NCBI GenBank assembly: GCA_035640055.1
Contig: DASQWW010000001.1
Span: 1 to 27,642 of the forward strand
Source of the DNA: Nitrososphaeraceae archaeon
Lineage (GTDB): Archaea; Thermoproteota; Nitrososphaeria; Nitrososphaerales; Nitrososphaeraceae
Direction of reading: 5' to 3'
Length of the DNA: 27,642 bases
Part shown: in pieces, positions 1 through 9,100 of the stretch
Numbering within the stretch: position 1 is the first letter of the stretch
How the letters are laid out: the number at the start of each line of letters is the position of its first letter
Position numbers and translations under genes: made by a program
The notes under the pieces: generated by a model
What the model saw: the letters and a program-made list of their open reading frames with translations, nothing else
Databases searched by the model: none
What the model was told of the DNA's origin: nothing

Positions 1-325
1 AGTTTGTCAATGATACAAGATACTAATTATTATTATTTATCAATCATGTAAATGTGGTCTATTAATGTATGATGATAGTGGTAGCATTTTAAGGTAGAAT
101 AAAAAGATAACTTATTTATGCTCCTCATCTCTTCTTCCTCCGCCCTACTATGGCTTTGTACAAACAGACTTGTCCTGTATGCCTGAACCTTGCTCATTCC
201 TATTCTGATTATTACCTGTCCCTTTTCCTGTTTAAACTTCAACTGGTTTTGTTATGTGAAAGATATGGCGATAGATTGTTTTCATTGTTATCATGACGAC
301 AATTAAATCCAAAGTTGTAACTCTT

Positions 326-381
326 TTTGTTAAGATCATTATATTCATAACAGGCAATCAATTAATAATGATCTTAACAAA
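326..381. repeat. Perfect 17-bp inverted repeat (stem-loop) with 22-nt spacer
   Basis: 326-342 tttgttaagatcattat is the exact reverse complement of 365-381 ataatgatcttaacaaa. In RNA it extends by a U-G and a U-A pair (324/325 with 382/383). It lies about 35 nt upstream of the TATA-like box of the CDS at 443. Confidence 0.9.
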
Positions 382-415
382 GACTTTAATTACATTCTTT
401 TGCAAACTGAAAAAA

Positions 416-421
416 TTATAA
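416..421 (+). promoter_or_regulatory. TATA-like box (ttataa) for the 443 CDS, spaced for a leaderless transcript
   Basis: The AT-rich box is centred about 25 nt upstream of the ATG at 443. Similar spacing is seen upstream of several other genes in the window. Confidence 0.35.
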
Positions 422-442
422 GTTCATTGTTTGCAATAATAG

Positions 443-784
443 ATGGTAAAAATGAAGAAAGAGTTTGTAGCTGCAAGGATTGAAGCTGCCCAAGATGGTA
501 GTCCTTATATTTATATTACATTCAGCGATCCTAACGATTACAAATCGGGAGAACGACAACCACAAAATCCATTTGGTCAGAACACGATGGCATTTACTTC
601 CCCAGAGGATTTGATGAAAAATTTGCCCAAGATGATGTCTCGCTTGATGGGTGGAGCTAGTGGTTCGACTGATTCACCTACATTTAAGATAAGTATGAAG
701 GAGTATGAAGATATAGGGATCAAAGTTGGCGACAAAGTTATAATAGAAATTAAAAAATCAGATAATAGTGGAATTTATACTTAA
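443..784 (+). CDS. Hypothetical small protein (113 aa). The C-terminal segment weakly resembles an AbrB/SpoVT-type swapped-hairpin motif.
   Basis: ATG start with a TATA-like box at -25. The composition is protein-like. The C-terminal FKISMKEYEDIGIKVGDKVIIEIKK resembles the v.IPk...lgik.GD.v.ie pattern. I recognise no confident family. Confidence 0.6.
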   Translation: MVKMKKEFVAARIEAAQDGSPYIYITFSDPNDYKSGERQPQNPFGQNTMAFTSPEDLMKNLPKMMSRLMGGASGSTDSPTFKISMKEYEDIGIKVGDKVIIEIKKSDNSGIYT

Positions 785-1436
785 ATGTAAAGAAATAATT
801 AACATGTAAATCAGACTGCCAAACTACAAAAATCGATATAATTCTACAGTGGCAATACAGAAAAGAAAAATGATACCACCATGATTCACATTAGGAAAAA
901 CAGTTCTCAGATAGGCATAGAATTAAGGTATAAAAAGAATGAGAAGACATCTCTCTTCTTATATCATTATTAAGAAAAGGCTTATCCAGTAAAAAAGTTA
1001 TTGATTCACAAATAGTTTTACATTCTTTTACATAAGGGACATTCGCTATATTGGAATGGCGTCCCGCAAATACTGTTCTTTCCACATCCATATAACATTC
1101 CACACCTTTTACATTGATGTAAACAAGTCACTTCTTGCCTCCTTTTGGTAATTGAAGACAACAACTGCTATGATCTACATACGGTTTGTTAAGATAGATG
1201 TCAGATTCTTTAAGTAACTAAAAATGGCTAATTCCAATTAATATTTTCAATAGAGAGCTCTTATCAAATTATTATCTATTCAAACTTTCAGTTGAATATC
1301 CTCTTGGACTTTTCACTATCAGTCTATAGAAGAAATAATGAAGAACTAGTAACGTAGAAAGTAATACGATCTGATGTGTATTATCTTTAGTTAGATAACG
1401 CTTTTAAGCTAATAACATCCTTTTGTACAAGACGAA

Positions 1437-4157
1437 ATGGCAGGAATTACCGAGTTTAACAATTCAAAAGAGAATTTGATCACACATATAACAAAAAGAA
1501 ACAGACGAGTGGTCGAATTTGCACAATCAAAGATATCAAATGCAGTCTACAAGGCACTCATAGCAACTGGCAAAGCAGACTATTCATTAGCAGAAAGGCT
1601 AGCAAACAGGGTTGTACATAAGATGGTTCAACAGGGCTATAGTTCAGCTGAAAAAGCTGCAATTCCAAGTGTTGAAGATGTGCAGGACATAGTAGAATCT
1701 ATACTCATCGAGGAAGGCTTGTCCGAAACCGCAAAAGCTTACATTTTGTATAGACATGAACGCCGTAAAGTCCGTGACGAGAAGATGAAGATTTTAAACA
1801 AGAAGGACCTTGACGAGGTGGACAAGGCATTTGACGTTAGTTCACTTAGAGTTTTAGCAGCACGTTATCTGCTGAGAGATAGTAATGGTGAGATTATTGA
1901 AGGTCCAAAGCAAATGTTCGAAAGGGTGGCCGTTCTCGTAACAATTCCAGATATTATTCACGATTCGCAATTATTCGATTTATCAGGCGAACATATCCAA
2001 AGTATTGAAGAAGCAGAAAAATATTATACCAAAGTTGATGACTTTGCTCTAAAGTTAAAGCTTGGCAATTATTATCTAAACAAGTATCATTTTGAATCCT
2101 TAATTCGCCATTATATTTATCTGGCAAAACATGGACAGATGAAAGTTAGCTTTAAGGAATTACTTAAATTAATAGCTGAGGGTAAGATGGGAACCTATGA
2201 GGAAAGAATTAAAGAATACTATAATTTGATGGTATCCAGAGATTTCCTTCCAAATACACCGACATTGATGAATGCAGGAGCAAGGCTTGGTCAACTGTCA
2301 GCATGTTTCGTTCTTGATATGCAAGATGATATGTATCAGATCATGAAATCATCAACTGATGCAGCTATGATTTTCAAATCGGGAGGAGGAGTAGGAATAA
2401 ATTATTCCGATCTAAGACCAGAAGGAGACATTGTTGCCTCAACGTCTGGTGTTGCATCAGGTCCAACCTCATTTATGAGAATTATTGATACGATTACTGA
2501 TGTGGTAAAACAAGGCGGGAAGAGGCGAGGTGCAAATATGGGTATTCTAGAGACATGGCATCCCGATATTGAAAGGTTCGTCACTGCCAAGACAAAGCCT
2601 GGTGTATTTGAGAACTTTAATGTCAGTGTTGGTGTCTGGGAAGACTTTTGGCAATCACTTGTAAATAAGGATGGTCACAAATATATATTACGTAACCCAC
2701 GATCTGGTGAGCCTATAAAACAGATAGATTCACATCAATTGATGGATTTGATTGCATTTAGTGCATGGAAAAGCGCTGAACCTGGTGTTATTTTCTTTGA
2801 TAATATTAACAAGTACAATCCTTGTATTAACGCAAAGGGTGGACCATTACGTGCAACAAATCCATGTGGTGAGCAATCACTATATCCTTATGAATCATGC
2901 AATCTAGGTTCGATCAATCTTGCAAACTTTGTGAAGCGAAAGGCAGATGGAATGTATGAATTTGACTGGCAAAGATATGAGCAAGCAATCAGACTATCCT
3001 CAAGGTTCTTAGACAATATAATTGATATGAACAAATATCCAGTTGAAGAGATCGACATCAATACAAAACTGACAAGAAGAATTGGCCTTGGTATAATGGG
3101 TATTGCAGATCTGCTGTTTTTACTGAGGATCCCATACAATTCAAAATACGGCTATGAGTTCATGAACAAACTGGCAGAAGCAATGTCATATTACAGCATG
3201 GAAGAGAGTGTTGCTGTTGCAAAGACAAGAGGTCCCTTCCCTCTGTTTAGAGAGACGGATTATATCAAAGGCAAGGTTCCAATTGCAGGCTACTATGAGC
3301 TTCCAAAGGAAACACATGCATATGACTGGGATTCACTAATTGAAAAGATCCAAAAACATGGAATCAGAAACTCTTGGACGTCAACAATTGCTCCCACAGG
3401 CACGCTATCAATGATTGCAGATTCCTCAAATGGCGTTGAACCAATCTTTGCGTTAGTTTTTGAAAAACGTGTAACAGTTGGCAGATTCTTCTATACCGAT
3501 AAGGTCTTTGAAAATGTATTAAAGGAGAACGGTTTGTATAATGACGAAATACTGACTAAGATTGCAAACAACTATGGTTCAGTACGTGGATTGGCTGAAA
3601 TTCCAGAATGGATCCAAAAAACCTTTGTTACTGCAATTGATGTACATTGGACTGATCATCTACTAGCCCAAGCCATATGGCAGAAATGGATCAGTAATGC
3701 TATTGCAAAGACAATCAATATGCCAGGAGATGTAACTGCAGAAGACGTAAAGTGTGCATATCTGTTATCACATGAACTAGGTTTGAAAGGAGTCACAGTA
3801 TATAGAGACGGTTCAAGACATGAACAGGTCTTGCATATTACTGGTAATAATACAAAGGAAAAAAGGTTTGTTGTGAGGCCAAGTAGATATGCAGTTGAAT
3901 ACATATATGCAAATGTTGTAGAACCATATATTAAAGAACAAGTACAAAAAATATTTAAGGAAACAGAAACCCAGGATGAAGTCCAGACCGAATTAATTCC
4001 AACTGTGCAACAAACCGAAGCTTCAAAGAAGACAGTACAAGCATCATCAATCGAATTAAATGAAGGTGAAATTTGTCCATCCTGCAAATCAAGGTTAATA
4101 ATCTCTGAAGGTTGTAATACATGTATTGAATGTGGCTTTAGTAGCTGTTCGAGTTAA
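1437..4157 (+). CDS. nrdJ: Class II (adenosylcobalamin-dependent) ribonucleoside reductase with N-terminal ATP-cone and C-terminal Cys-rich zinc-finger tail
   Basis: The N-terminal ITKRNRRVVEFAQSKISNAVYKAL is ATP-cone-like. RNR core motifs are present: LPNTPTLMNAG, SACFVL, GGGVGINYSDLRPEGD, TNPCGEQSLYPYESCNLGSINL, APTGTLS, AKTINMP, VTVYRDGSR. The tail reads CPSCKSRLIISEGCNTCIECG. The 906-aa ORF is uninterrupted and has no intein-like insertion. Confidence 0.95.
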   Translation: MAGITEFNNSKENLITHITKRNRRVVEFAQSKISNAVYKALIATGKADYSLAERLANRVVHKMVQQGYSSAEKAAIPSVEDVQDIVESILIEEGLSETAKAYILYRHERRKVRDEKMKILNKKDLDEVDKAFDVSSLRVLAARYLLRDSNGEIIEGPKQMFERVAVLVTIPDIIHDSQLFDLSGEHIQSIEEAEKYYTKVDDFALKLKLGNYYLNKYHFESLIRHYIYLAKHGQMKVSFKELLKLIAEGKMGTYEERIKEYYNLMVSRDFLPNTPTLMNAGARLGQLSACFVLDMQDDMYQIMKSSTDAAMIFKSGGGVGINYSDLRPEGDIVASTSGVASGPTSFMRIIDTITDVVKQGGKRRGANMGILETWHPDIERFVTAKTKPGVFENFNVSVGVWEDFWQSLVNKDGHKYILRNPRSGEPIKQIDSHQLMDLIAFSAWKSAEPGVIFFDNINKYNPCINAKGGPLRATNPCGEQSLYPYESCNLGSINLANFVKRKADGMYEFDWQRYEQAIRLSSRFLDNIIDMNKYPVEEIDINTKLTRRIGLGIMGIADLLFLLRIPYNSKYGYEFMNKLAEAMSYYSMEESVAVAKTRGPFPLFRETDYIKGKVPIAGYYELPKETHAYDWDSLIEKIQKHGIRNSWTSTIAPTGTLSMIADSSNGVEPIFALVFEKRVTVGRFFYTDKVFENVLKENGLYNDEILTKIANNYGSVRGLAEIPEWIQKTFVTAIDVHWTDHLLAQAIWQKWISNAIAKTINMPGDVTAEDVKCAYLLSHELGLKGVTVYRDGSRHEQVLHITGNNTKEKRFVVRPSRYAVEYIYANVVEPYIKEQVQKIFKETETQDEVQTELIPTVQQTEASKKTVQASSIELNEGEICPSCKSRLIISEGCNTCIECGFSSCSS

Positions 4158-4166
4158 AGGAAAGAA

Positions 4167-4191
4167 CTTTTGTTCCTTATTTTTACTTTTC
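4167..4191 (+). terminator. Oligo-T rich tract downstream of nrdJ (archaeal-type terminator candidate)
   Basis: cttttgttccttatttttacttttc starts 10 nt after the TAA stop. T-runs are the usual archaeal termination signal. Confidence 0.3.
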
Positions 4192-4266
4192 ATACCTACA
4201 TAAAATATGAAGTATATATATATGCAGAGTTAATACATTCCTTTGACAATATGACTTGACTATTAA

Positions 4267-5658
4267 CTAACTTGAGCTGGCAAATTTCTCTATGATATTG
4301 CCTATACATTTAGTTGTCTTGTTTAAGAGATCGATCCTTGCAAATTCATTTGGCGAATGAATTCTCGCATATACGTATGTGCTGCCTACAGAAACACATG
4401 GTGCATTGAGCAACTTAACAAACGAATGTATTGGTCCTGTACCAGCGGACGAGACATTGATTATTGCTGTACCAAAAGTTTCCTTTGCGGATTGCTCAAC
4501 CTGCTTTACAAACGGGTCACTGACCGGTATTCTAGCAGCTGCTTCCCCATGGATGAACCTTACCTCAATTCCATCGAACCCACTTTCCTTCAAATGATTT
4601 TTAAGCCTTTCAAATTGCCTTTCAGGTATCATATCTGGAACAAGTCTAAAATCTAACTTTGCGAGGGCTGTAGCAGGAAGAACAGTTTTTGCACCCTTGC
4701 CAGTATAGCCGGCTACCAAACCTGCAATATTACATGTTGGCATTCCAACAAATGCCTTACGAAGCTCTATACCTGTTGCATTATTTACAAATTTATCAAT
4801 ATTATACTCTCTTTTGAATACTATCTCGTCAAATGGCTCATCAGAGATTAAAGCAAGTTCCTTATCTGTAAATCCTCTCACCTCATTATACCAATCTTTT
4901 ATCAGGATTTTTCCATTAGCCTCACACAGTGTGTTTAATGCCCTAATAAGTAACCATGCAGGATTTTCTATTAGCACTGCTAAACTGGAATGAGCATCTC
5001 TAGATGGTCCTTTTGCTATCAACTCAACATAGAGTAAGCCTTTCATACCAAGGCTGATAATTGGTCTATTCTTTTCATCAACATAACCAAATTCCCAGAT
5101 TATTGCATCACATGCAAGTTTCTGCCTGTATTTGGTAAGGTATTGCTCTATATGTCTACTTCCAATTTCCTCCTCACCTTCTACAATAAACTTTACATTA
5201 CATGGAATATCGCCAGTCTTTTTAAGGAAATATTCTACTGCTTTTATGCGTGTTATTAACTCTCCTTTATCATCTGCAGCTCCACGCCCAAAGATAGAGT
5301 TACCATCAACTTTGCCACTAAATGGATCTGCCTCCCATAACTCTACAGGTTCTACAGGCTGTACATCGTAATGATTGTAAAATAAAATAGTCTTGCCACC
5401 TGGATTCGTTTTTGATTTAACTTCACCATACACTATTGGTGGTATCGTATCTTTTTCATCATCATTGCTTGCATAGTCAAGGTATAATACTTCAGAATTA
5501 ATCCCTGCGTTATACATTATCTGTGAAATAAGGTTAGCACATTCAATTAGACCTTGTTTCTTTGCAGAAATACTAGGCTGCCTAATTAATGCTTGAAGGT
5601 CAGAAATAAGACCGTCCATTTCAGTGTCTACTGTATCGTTAATAATAGTCTTGTTCAT
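4267..5658 (-). CDS. M20-family metallopeptidase (ArgE/DapE/ACY1/CPG2-like dipeptidase or deacylase)
   Basis: Metal-ligand motifs are present: HYDVQP, GRGAADDKG, EGEEEIGS. The track ORF begins at a TTG (5661). The ATG one codon later (5658) is the more likely start. Confidence 0.85.
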   Translation of the reverse strand: MNKTIINDTVDTEMDGLISDLQALIRQPSISAKKQGLIECANLISQIMYNAGINSEVLYLDYASNDDEKDTIPPIVYGEVKSKTNPGGKTILFYNHYDVQPVEPVELWEADPFSGKVDGNSIFGRGAADDKGELITRIKAVEYFLKKTGDIPCNVKFIVEGEEEIGSRHIEQYLTKYRQKLACDAIIWEFGYVDEKNRPIISLGMKGLLYVELIAKGPSRDAHSSLAVLIENPAWLLIRALNTLCEANGKILIKDWYNEVRGFTDKELALISDEPFDEIVFKREYNIDKFVNNATGIELRKAFVGMPTCNIAGLVAGYTGKGAKTVLPATALAKLDFRLVPDMIPERQFERLKNHLKESGFDGIEVRFIHGEAAARIPVSDPFVKQVEQSAKETFGTAIINVSSAGTGPIHSFVKLLNAPCVSVGSTYVYARIHSPNEFARIDLLNKTTKCIGNIIEKFASSS

Positions 5659-5796
5659 CAAATGGGGTTTTTTGCAATTGAAATTAAAGGTTACTAAAAA
5701 TCCAATATACTCTGCAATGCTTTACTTCATCATCTAGTTCTTACTCTATTCGCTTCTTCATAGTCATGTATAGTAGCTATCTAATCTATGTAAGGC

Positions 5797-7917
5797 TTAT
5801 CTCTTTCTCAGGACTATTCTAACATCTACTGCACGTGCCCCTTTTCCTTCTTCTAATACCAACAGAGGATTCATATCAAACTCTTCAACTTCGGGAAAGT
5901 CAGTAACTAACTGTGAAAGCCGCAATAGGCTGTCCAGTACAGCTCCCAAATCGGATGGCTTTTCTCCCCTGACGCCTTTTAAAATTTTAATTGTCTTTAT
6001 TGAGTCGACCATTCTTGTTGCCTCGTCTTCATCAATCGGAGCTAACCTAAAAACAACGTCTTTAAGAACCTCGACATAGACCCCGCCAAGGCCAAACATA
6101 ATAAGCGGGCCGAATAGTGGATCCTGTTTTGCGCCAAGAATTGTTTCCTTGGCTGACGTTACTACTTCTTGTACAAGAACCCCTTTGATCCTTGCATTCA
6201 TTCTATACTTATTGGCATTATCAACTATTGCTTCAAATGCTGCTCTGACTTCGTCGTCACTTTTCAATCCAACCTTAACTCCTCCAGCATCTGATTTGTG
6301 TATAATATCAGCTGACACGATCTTCATCACGACTGGGTAACCAATCTCTCTAGCAGCCTTTACACATTGCTCTTTGCTAGTTCCAAGGATACTCTTTGGA
6401 GTAGGGAAGCCATAAGCACTAAGAACCTCATAACCTTCTTCCTCTAATAGATTTGTTCTGCCATCCTTTCTGACATCATCAAAAACTCTTTTTACTTTTT
6501 CGTTATTGACACTAAATCTTTTTGACTTAGCTTTAGGCCTTGTTAACCAATCTCTGAAGTGATACATAGCTTTAAGAGTCCGGATTGCAGGTTCTGCATA
6601 CATGAAGTGTGGTATGCCGCCCTCTGATAGAATCTCTTTATTCTCAGTACCTTCTGCAAGCCCCATTAATGCAGCAAGCATTGTCTTGCCGCTACCTTTA
6701 GACGTTTTAACAATTGTTCTTGCCAGCTCATTATAATCGAGAGTAGCTGAAGGAGTACACATAGTAACTACAGAACCGACATTGGGATTTGATAGCACTT
6801 CAACCAGTACTTTCTCAAAGCGATTGAAGTCAGCATCACCTACTATATCTACTGGATTTCTTGCTGAACCATGTGGTGGAATTACTTTGACAATTGCCTC
6901 TCTTGATGTGGATATATCAGCCATTTTTAGCCCATACTTTGAACATGCATCTGTTGAGATAATAGCTGGTCCTCCAGCATTTGATACTATTACAACCCCT
7001 CCATGACCTGGTGGTACGGGCTGTTTTGAGAATGCTGTGGAAAGTTCGAATAGCTCCTCCATTGTGTCTACCCTAATTACTCCACATTGGGCAAATAGGG
7101 CATCATAGATTTCATCAGCTCCCATTAATGCACCTGTATGGGACATTGCAGCCTTGGCACCTTCCGGACTTCTACCCGCTTTCAATACTATGATTGGTTT
7201 CTGGTTTTCCAGTATAATCTTTTTAGCAATTTCCATAAACCGCCTGCCATCATGAATATCCTCAAGATATATCACAATAACTTTGGTTTCTTGATCTTCA
7301 GATAATAATTCAAGGATATCATTTTCATCCATGTCCACCTTATTACCCATACTGATTACTTTTGAAAAGCCAATGCCCTGCGCTATTGCATCTTCTACTG
7401 TAGCTGCACATATTGCACCGCTCTGAGATACCAATGCAATTCCCCCATGCCGTGGGGTAATTTTTAAGAAGGTCGCATTCATCATATTTTGTTCAGATAA
7501 ACTCATGATCCCAAGGCAGTTTGGACCTATAACCCTTGTACCATACTTTTTACCTATTTCTCCTATTTCTCTTTCTAACCTAGCGCCGTGTTCGTCAACT
7601 TCTTTAAATCCAGCTGAAACGATGATTGCTCCTTTGATCTTTTTTTTGCCGATCTCTTCCATTACTTCAGGTACAATTCTGTTTGGAGTTGCAACTATAG
7701 CAAGATCAATCTCTTCCTGAATATCAAGCACACTTTTGTAAGCCTTAAGACCAAAAACAGTAGGATTAGATGGAGTAATTGGATAGATTTTTCCCTTGTA
7801 TCCATTTATAATATTAGAAAAGATCGCCTTTCCTACACCTGGCTTTTCAGAGGCGCCGATGATAGCAATAGATTGTGGAGAAAGAAAGATATCTTTTGAG
7901 TCGGTGTATGATGACAT
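5797..7917 (-). CDS. ADP-forming (NDP-forming) acyl-CoA synthetase, fused alpha/beta domains, 706 aa
   Basis: It has an N-terminal CoA-binding segment (SIAIIGASEKPGVGKAIF), then GPNCLGI, SQSGA, MSHTGAL and a C-terminal ATP-grasp part (GYPVVMKIVS..IHKSDAGGVKVGL). This architecture is typical of archaeal ADP-forming acetyl/acyl-CoA synthetases. Confidence 0.9.
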   Translation of the reverse strand: MSSYTDSKDIFLSPQSIAIIGASEKPGVGKAIFSNIINGYKGKIYPITPSNPTVFGLKAYKSVLDIQEEIDLAIVATPNRIVPEVMEEIGKKKIKGAIIVSAGFKEVDEHGARLEREIGEIGKKYGTRVIGPNCLGIMSLSEQNMMNATFLKITPRHGGIALVSQSGAICAATVEDAIAQGIGFSKVISMGNKVDMDENDILELLSEDQETKVIVIYLEDIHDGRRFMEIAKKIILENQKPIIVLKAGRSPEGAKAAMSHTGALMGADEIYDALFAQCGVIRVDTMEELFELSTAFSKQPVPPGHGGVVIVSNAGGPAIISTDACSKYGLKMADISTSREAIVKVIPPHGSARNPVDIVGDADFNRFEKVLVEVLSNPNVGSVVTMCTPSATLDYNELARTIVKTSKGSGKTMLAALMGLAEGTENKEILSEGGIPHFMYAEPAIRTLKAMYHFRDWLTRPKAKSKRFSVNNEKVKRVFDDVRKDGRTNLLEEEGYEVLSAYGFPTPKSILGTSKEQCVKAAREIGYPVVMKIVSADIIHKSDAGGVKVGLKSDDEVRAAFEAIVDNANKYRMNARIKGVLVQEVVTSAKETILGAKQDPLFGPLIMFGLGGVYVEVLKDVVFRLAPIDEDEATRMVDSIKTIKILKGVRGEKPSDLGAVLDSLLRLSQLVTDFPEVEEFDMNPLLVLEEGKGARAVDVRIVLRKR

Positions 7918-8124
7918 ATGAGAAATAAAAGCAGGATAGGATAGTTATAAATGCATATTCTATAATTAACATTATTTATCCGAAAGAAGTATCTTTATTA
8001 TAAAAATGGCATCTAATGTGATGGAAACAGAATGGATTTAATTTATAAATTTGCTAAAGAACAGTTAAAAAATAGATTTGAATAAAAAAGTTCCTCTATA
8101 TTTCTATTATTTATATTAACTTTA

Positions 8125-8144
8125 GAGACCTTAGGTCTCAAAAA
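8125..8144 (-). terminator. Short GC hairpin (gagacc-tta-ggtctc) adjoining a T5 run on the minus strand, downstream of the 8166-8993 CDS
   Basis: 8125-8130 is the reverse complement of 8134-8139. aaaaa at 8140-8144 reads as T5 on the coding (minus) strand, 22 nt after the stop. Confidence 0.3.
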
Positions 8145-8165
8145 GCCATCATGATCATTTGTGTC

Positions 8166-8993
8166 CTATTTGCTACCACTGGCCAATAGTTTAGTTCCAC
8201 ATTCTTCGCAAAAAATAGCATCATCCTCATTTTGATAATTACATGAGGGGCATTTACCTGATCCATTTATTGCAGACTCGGCATTCTTTGTTTCTGCTTC
8301 TGCTCTACTTGACAGAAGAACAATATCTCCAATTTTTGAAATATTATTCCATAGGAATTCTGTACTATCATCATCATCTTCCTTTGAAATTTTGATACTG
8401 AGCTGTACATTTCCTACTGCTGACTTCCGTAAGCCAATTTCCTGAACTTTGCCAACCAGCAGTGCTTCACTATCATAGGCAGGCATACCAACGACAGATT
8501 GAATTGGAATAAATCCTCCTTGGGTTCCAGATGTTGCAGTTTTGGTAGAAGTAACTGCAGTAGATTGTTGTAGGGAAGTAATAGAAGGTGTTTCAATTTT
8601 GTCAAGTTCAGATGATTGCAGTTGCATTGTTGCAGAAGGATCAGTTGTTTTTGTCTGGGGGGTAGAGGACGTGCCAAATTTGCGGTATTGTGCTATTGTG
8701 TTATTGCAAGTCCCACACTTGTATTCACCTTTTTCAACAAGAGTAACTCCTTCTCCAAGTTCTTCATTTGGATTTTCATAATTGACTGCCGGTGAGCCTT
8801 CGTATTCTCTTTCACATTTGTTACAATAATATTTTAAAAAGCGATCCTCTTCTAACCTTCCTAATCCCGCCAGAAACAACTCAGGTCCTCCAAGATTCCC
8901 CCTCTTCTGTTCCTCATCAGTTACTCTTGCAAAAACATAACCACCAGAACCACGCAACTTCTTTTCATGCAGTTCATTGCCCTCACTCATCAT
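8166..8993 (-). CDS. Zinc-ribbon / PRC-barrel / zinc-ribbon protein with a Thr/Ser/Gln-rich linker
   Basis: N-terminal CNKCE..x33..CGTCN. A low-complexity linker (TSSTPQTKTTDPSATMQLQ...TSTKTATSGTQ). A PRC-barrel-like segment (VVGMPAYDSEALLVGKVQEIGLRKSAVGNVQLSIKI...ISKIGDIVLLSS). C-terminal CPSCNYQNEDDAIFCEECGTKL. Confidence 0.75.
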   Translation of the reverse strand: MMSEGNELHEKKLRGSGGYVFARVTDEEQKRGNLGGPELFLAGLGRLEEDRFLKYYCNKCEREYEGSPAVNYENPNEELGEGVTLVEKGEYKCGTCNNTIAQYRKFGTSSTPQTKTTDPSATMQLQSSELDKIETPSITSLQQSTAVTSTKTATSGTQGGFIPIQSVVGMPAYDSEALLVGKVQEIGLRKSAVGNVQLSIKISKEDDDDSTEFLWNNISKIGDIVLLSSRAEAETKNAESAINGSGKCPSCNYQNEDDAIFCEECGTKLLASGSK

Positions 8994-9100
8994 ATAGCGT
9001 TAACAACTTAATTGCATGAATAACTAGTATTAGTATTTTTGGGAAACGTATGGATCTGATAGTCTATATATGTCTCTCTACACATTTTTACTACCTTTAT

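Noticed and set aside
33-1103. ORFs 33-242 (minus strand) and 891-1103 (minus strand) as genes
   Set aside because: Both depend on TTG or GTG starts and have no recognisable motifs or promoter spacing. Their composition is odd (His/Tyr-rich or Cys-scattered). I cannot support them as CDS.
2402-4087. Track ORFs nested inside or antisense to nrdJ (2402-2590, 2888-3139, 3656-4087). Similar nested ORFs sit inside other confident genes: 4357-4656, 4379-4597, 5132-5371, 6149-6340, 6782-7006, 7505-7720, 8414-8677, 8542-8781, 8792-9019, 9050-9262, 9192-9476, 9692-9934, 10622-10807, 11015-11197, 12040-12246, 13293-13487, 14443-14628, 15092-15439, 15830-16090, 16607-16813, 16977-17165, 18185-18463, 21084-21266, 21448-21684, 21685-21870, 21696-21917, 22963-23148, 24095-24301, 24637-24843, 26735-26926.
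   Set aside because: Each lies within, or antisense to, a gene with strong family motifs. Their translations are low-complexity or Cys/Ser/Leu-rich shadow frames with no motifs. They are typical antisense or alternate-frame artefacts in AT-rich DNA.
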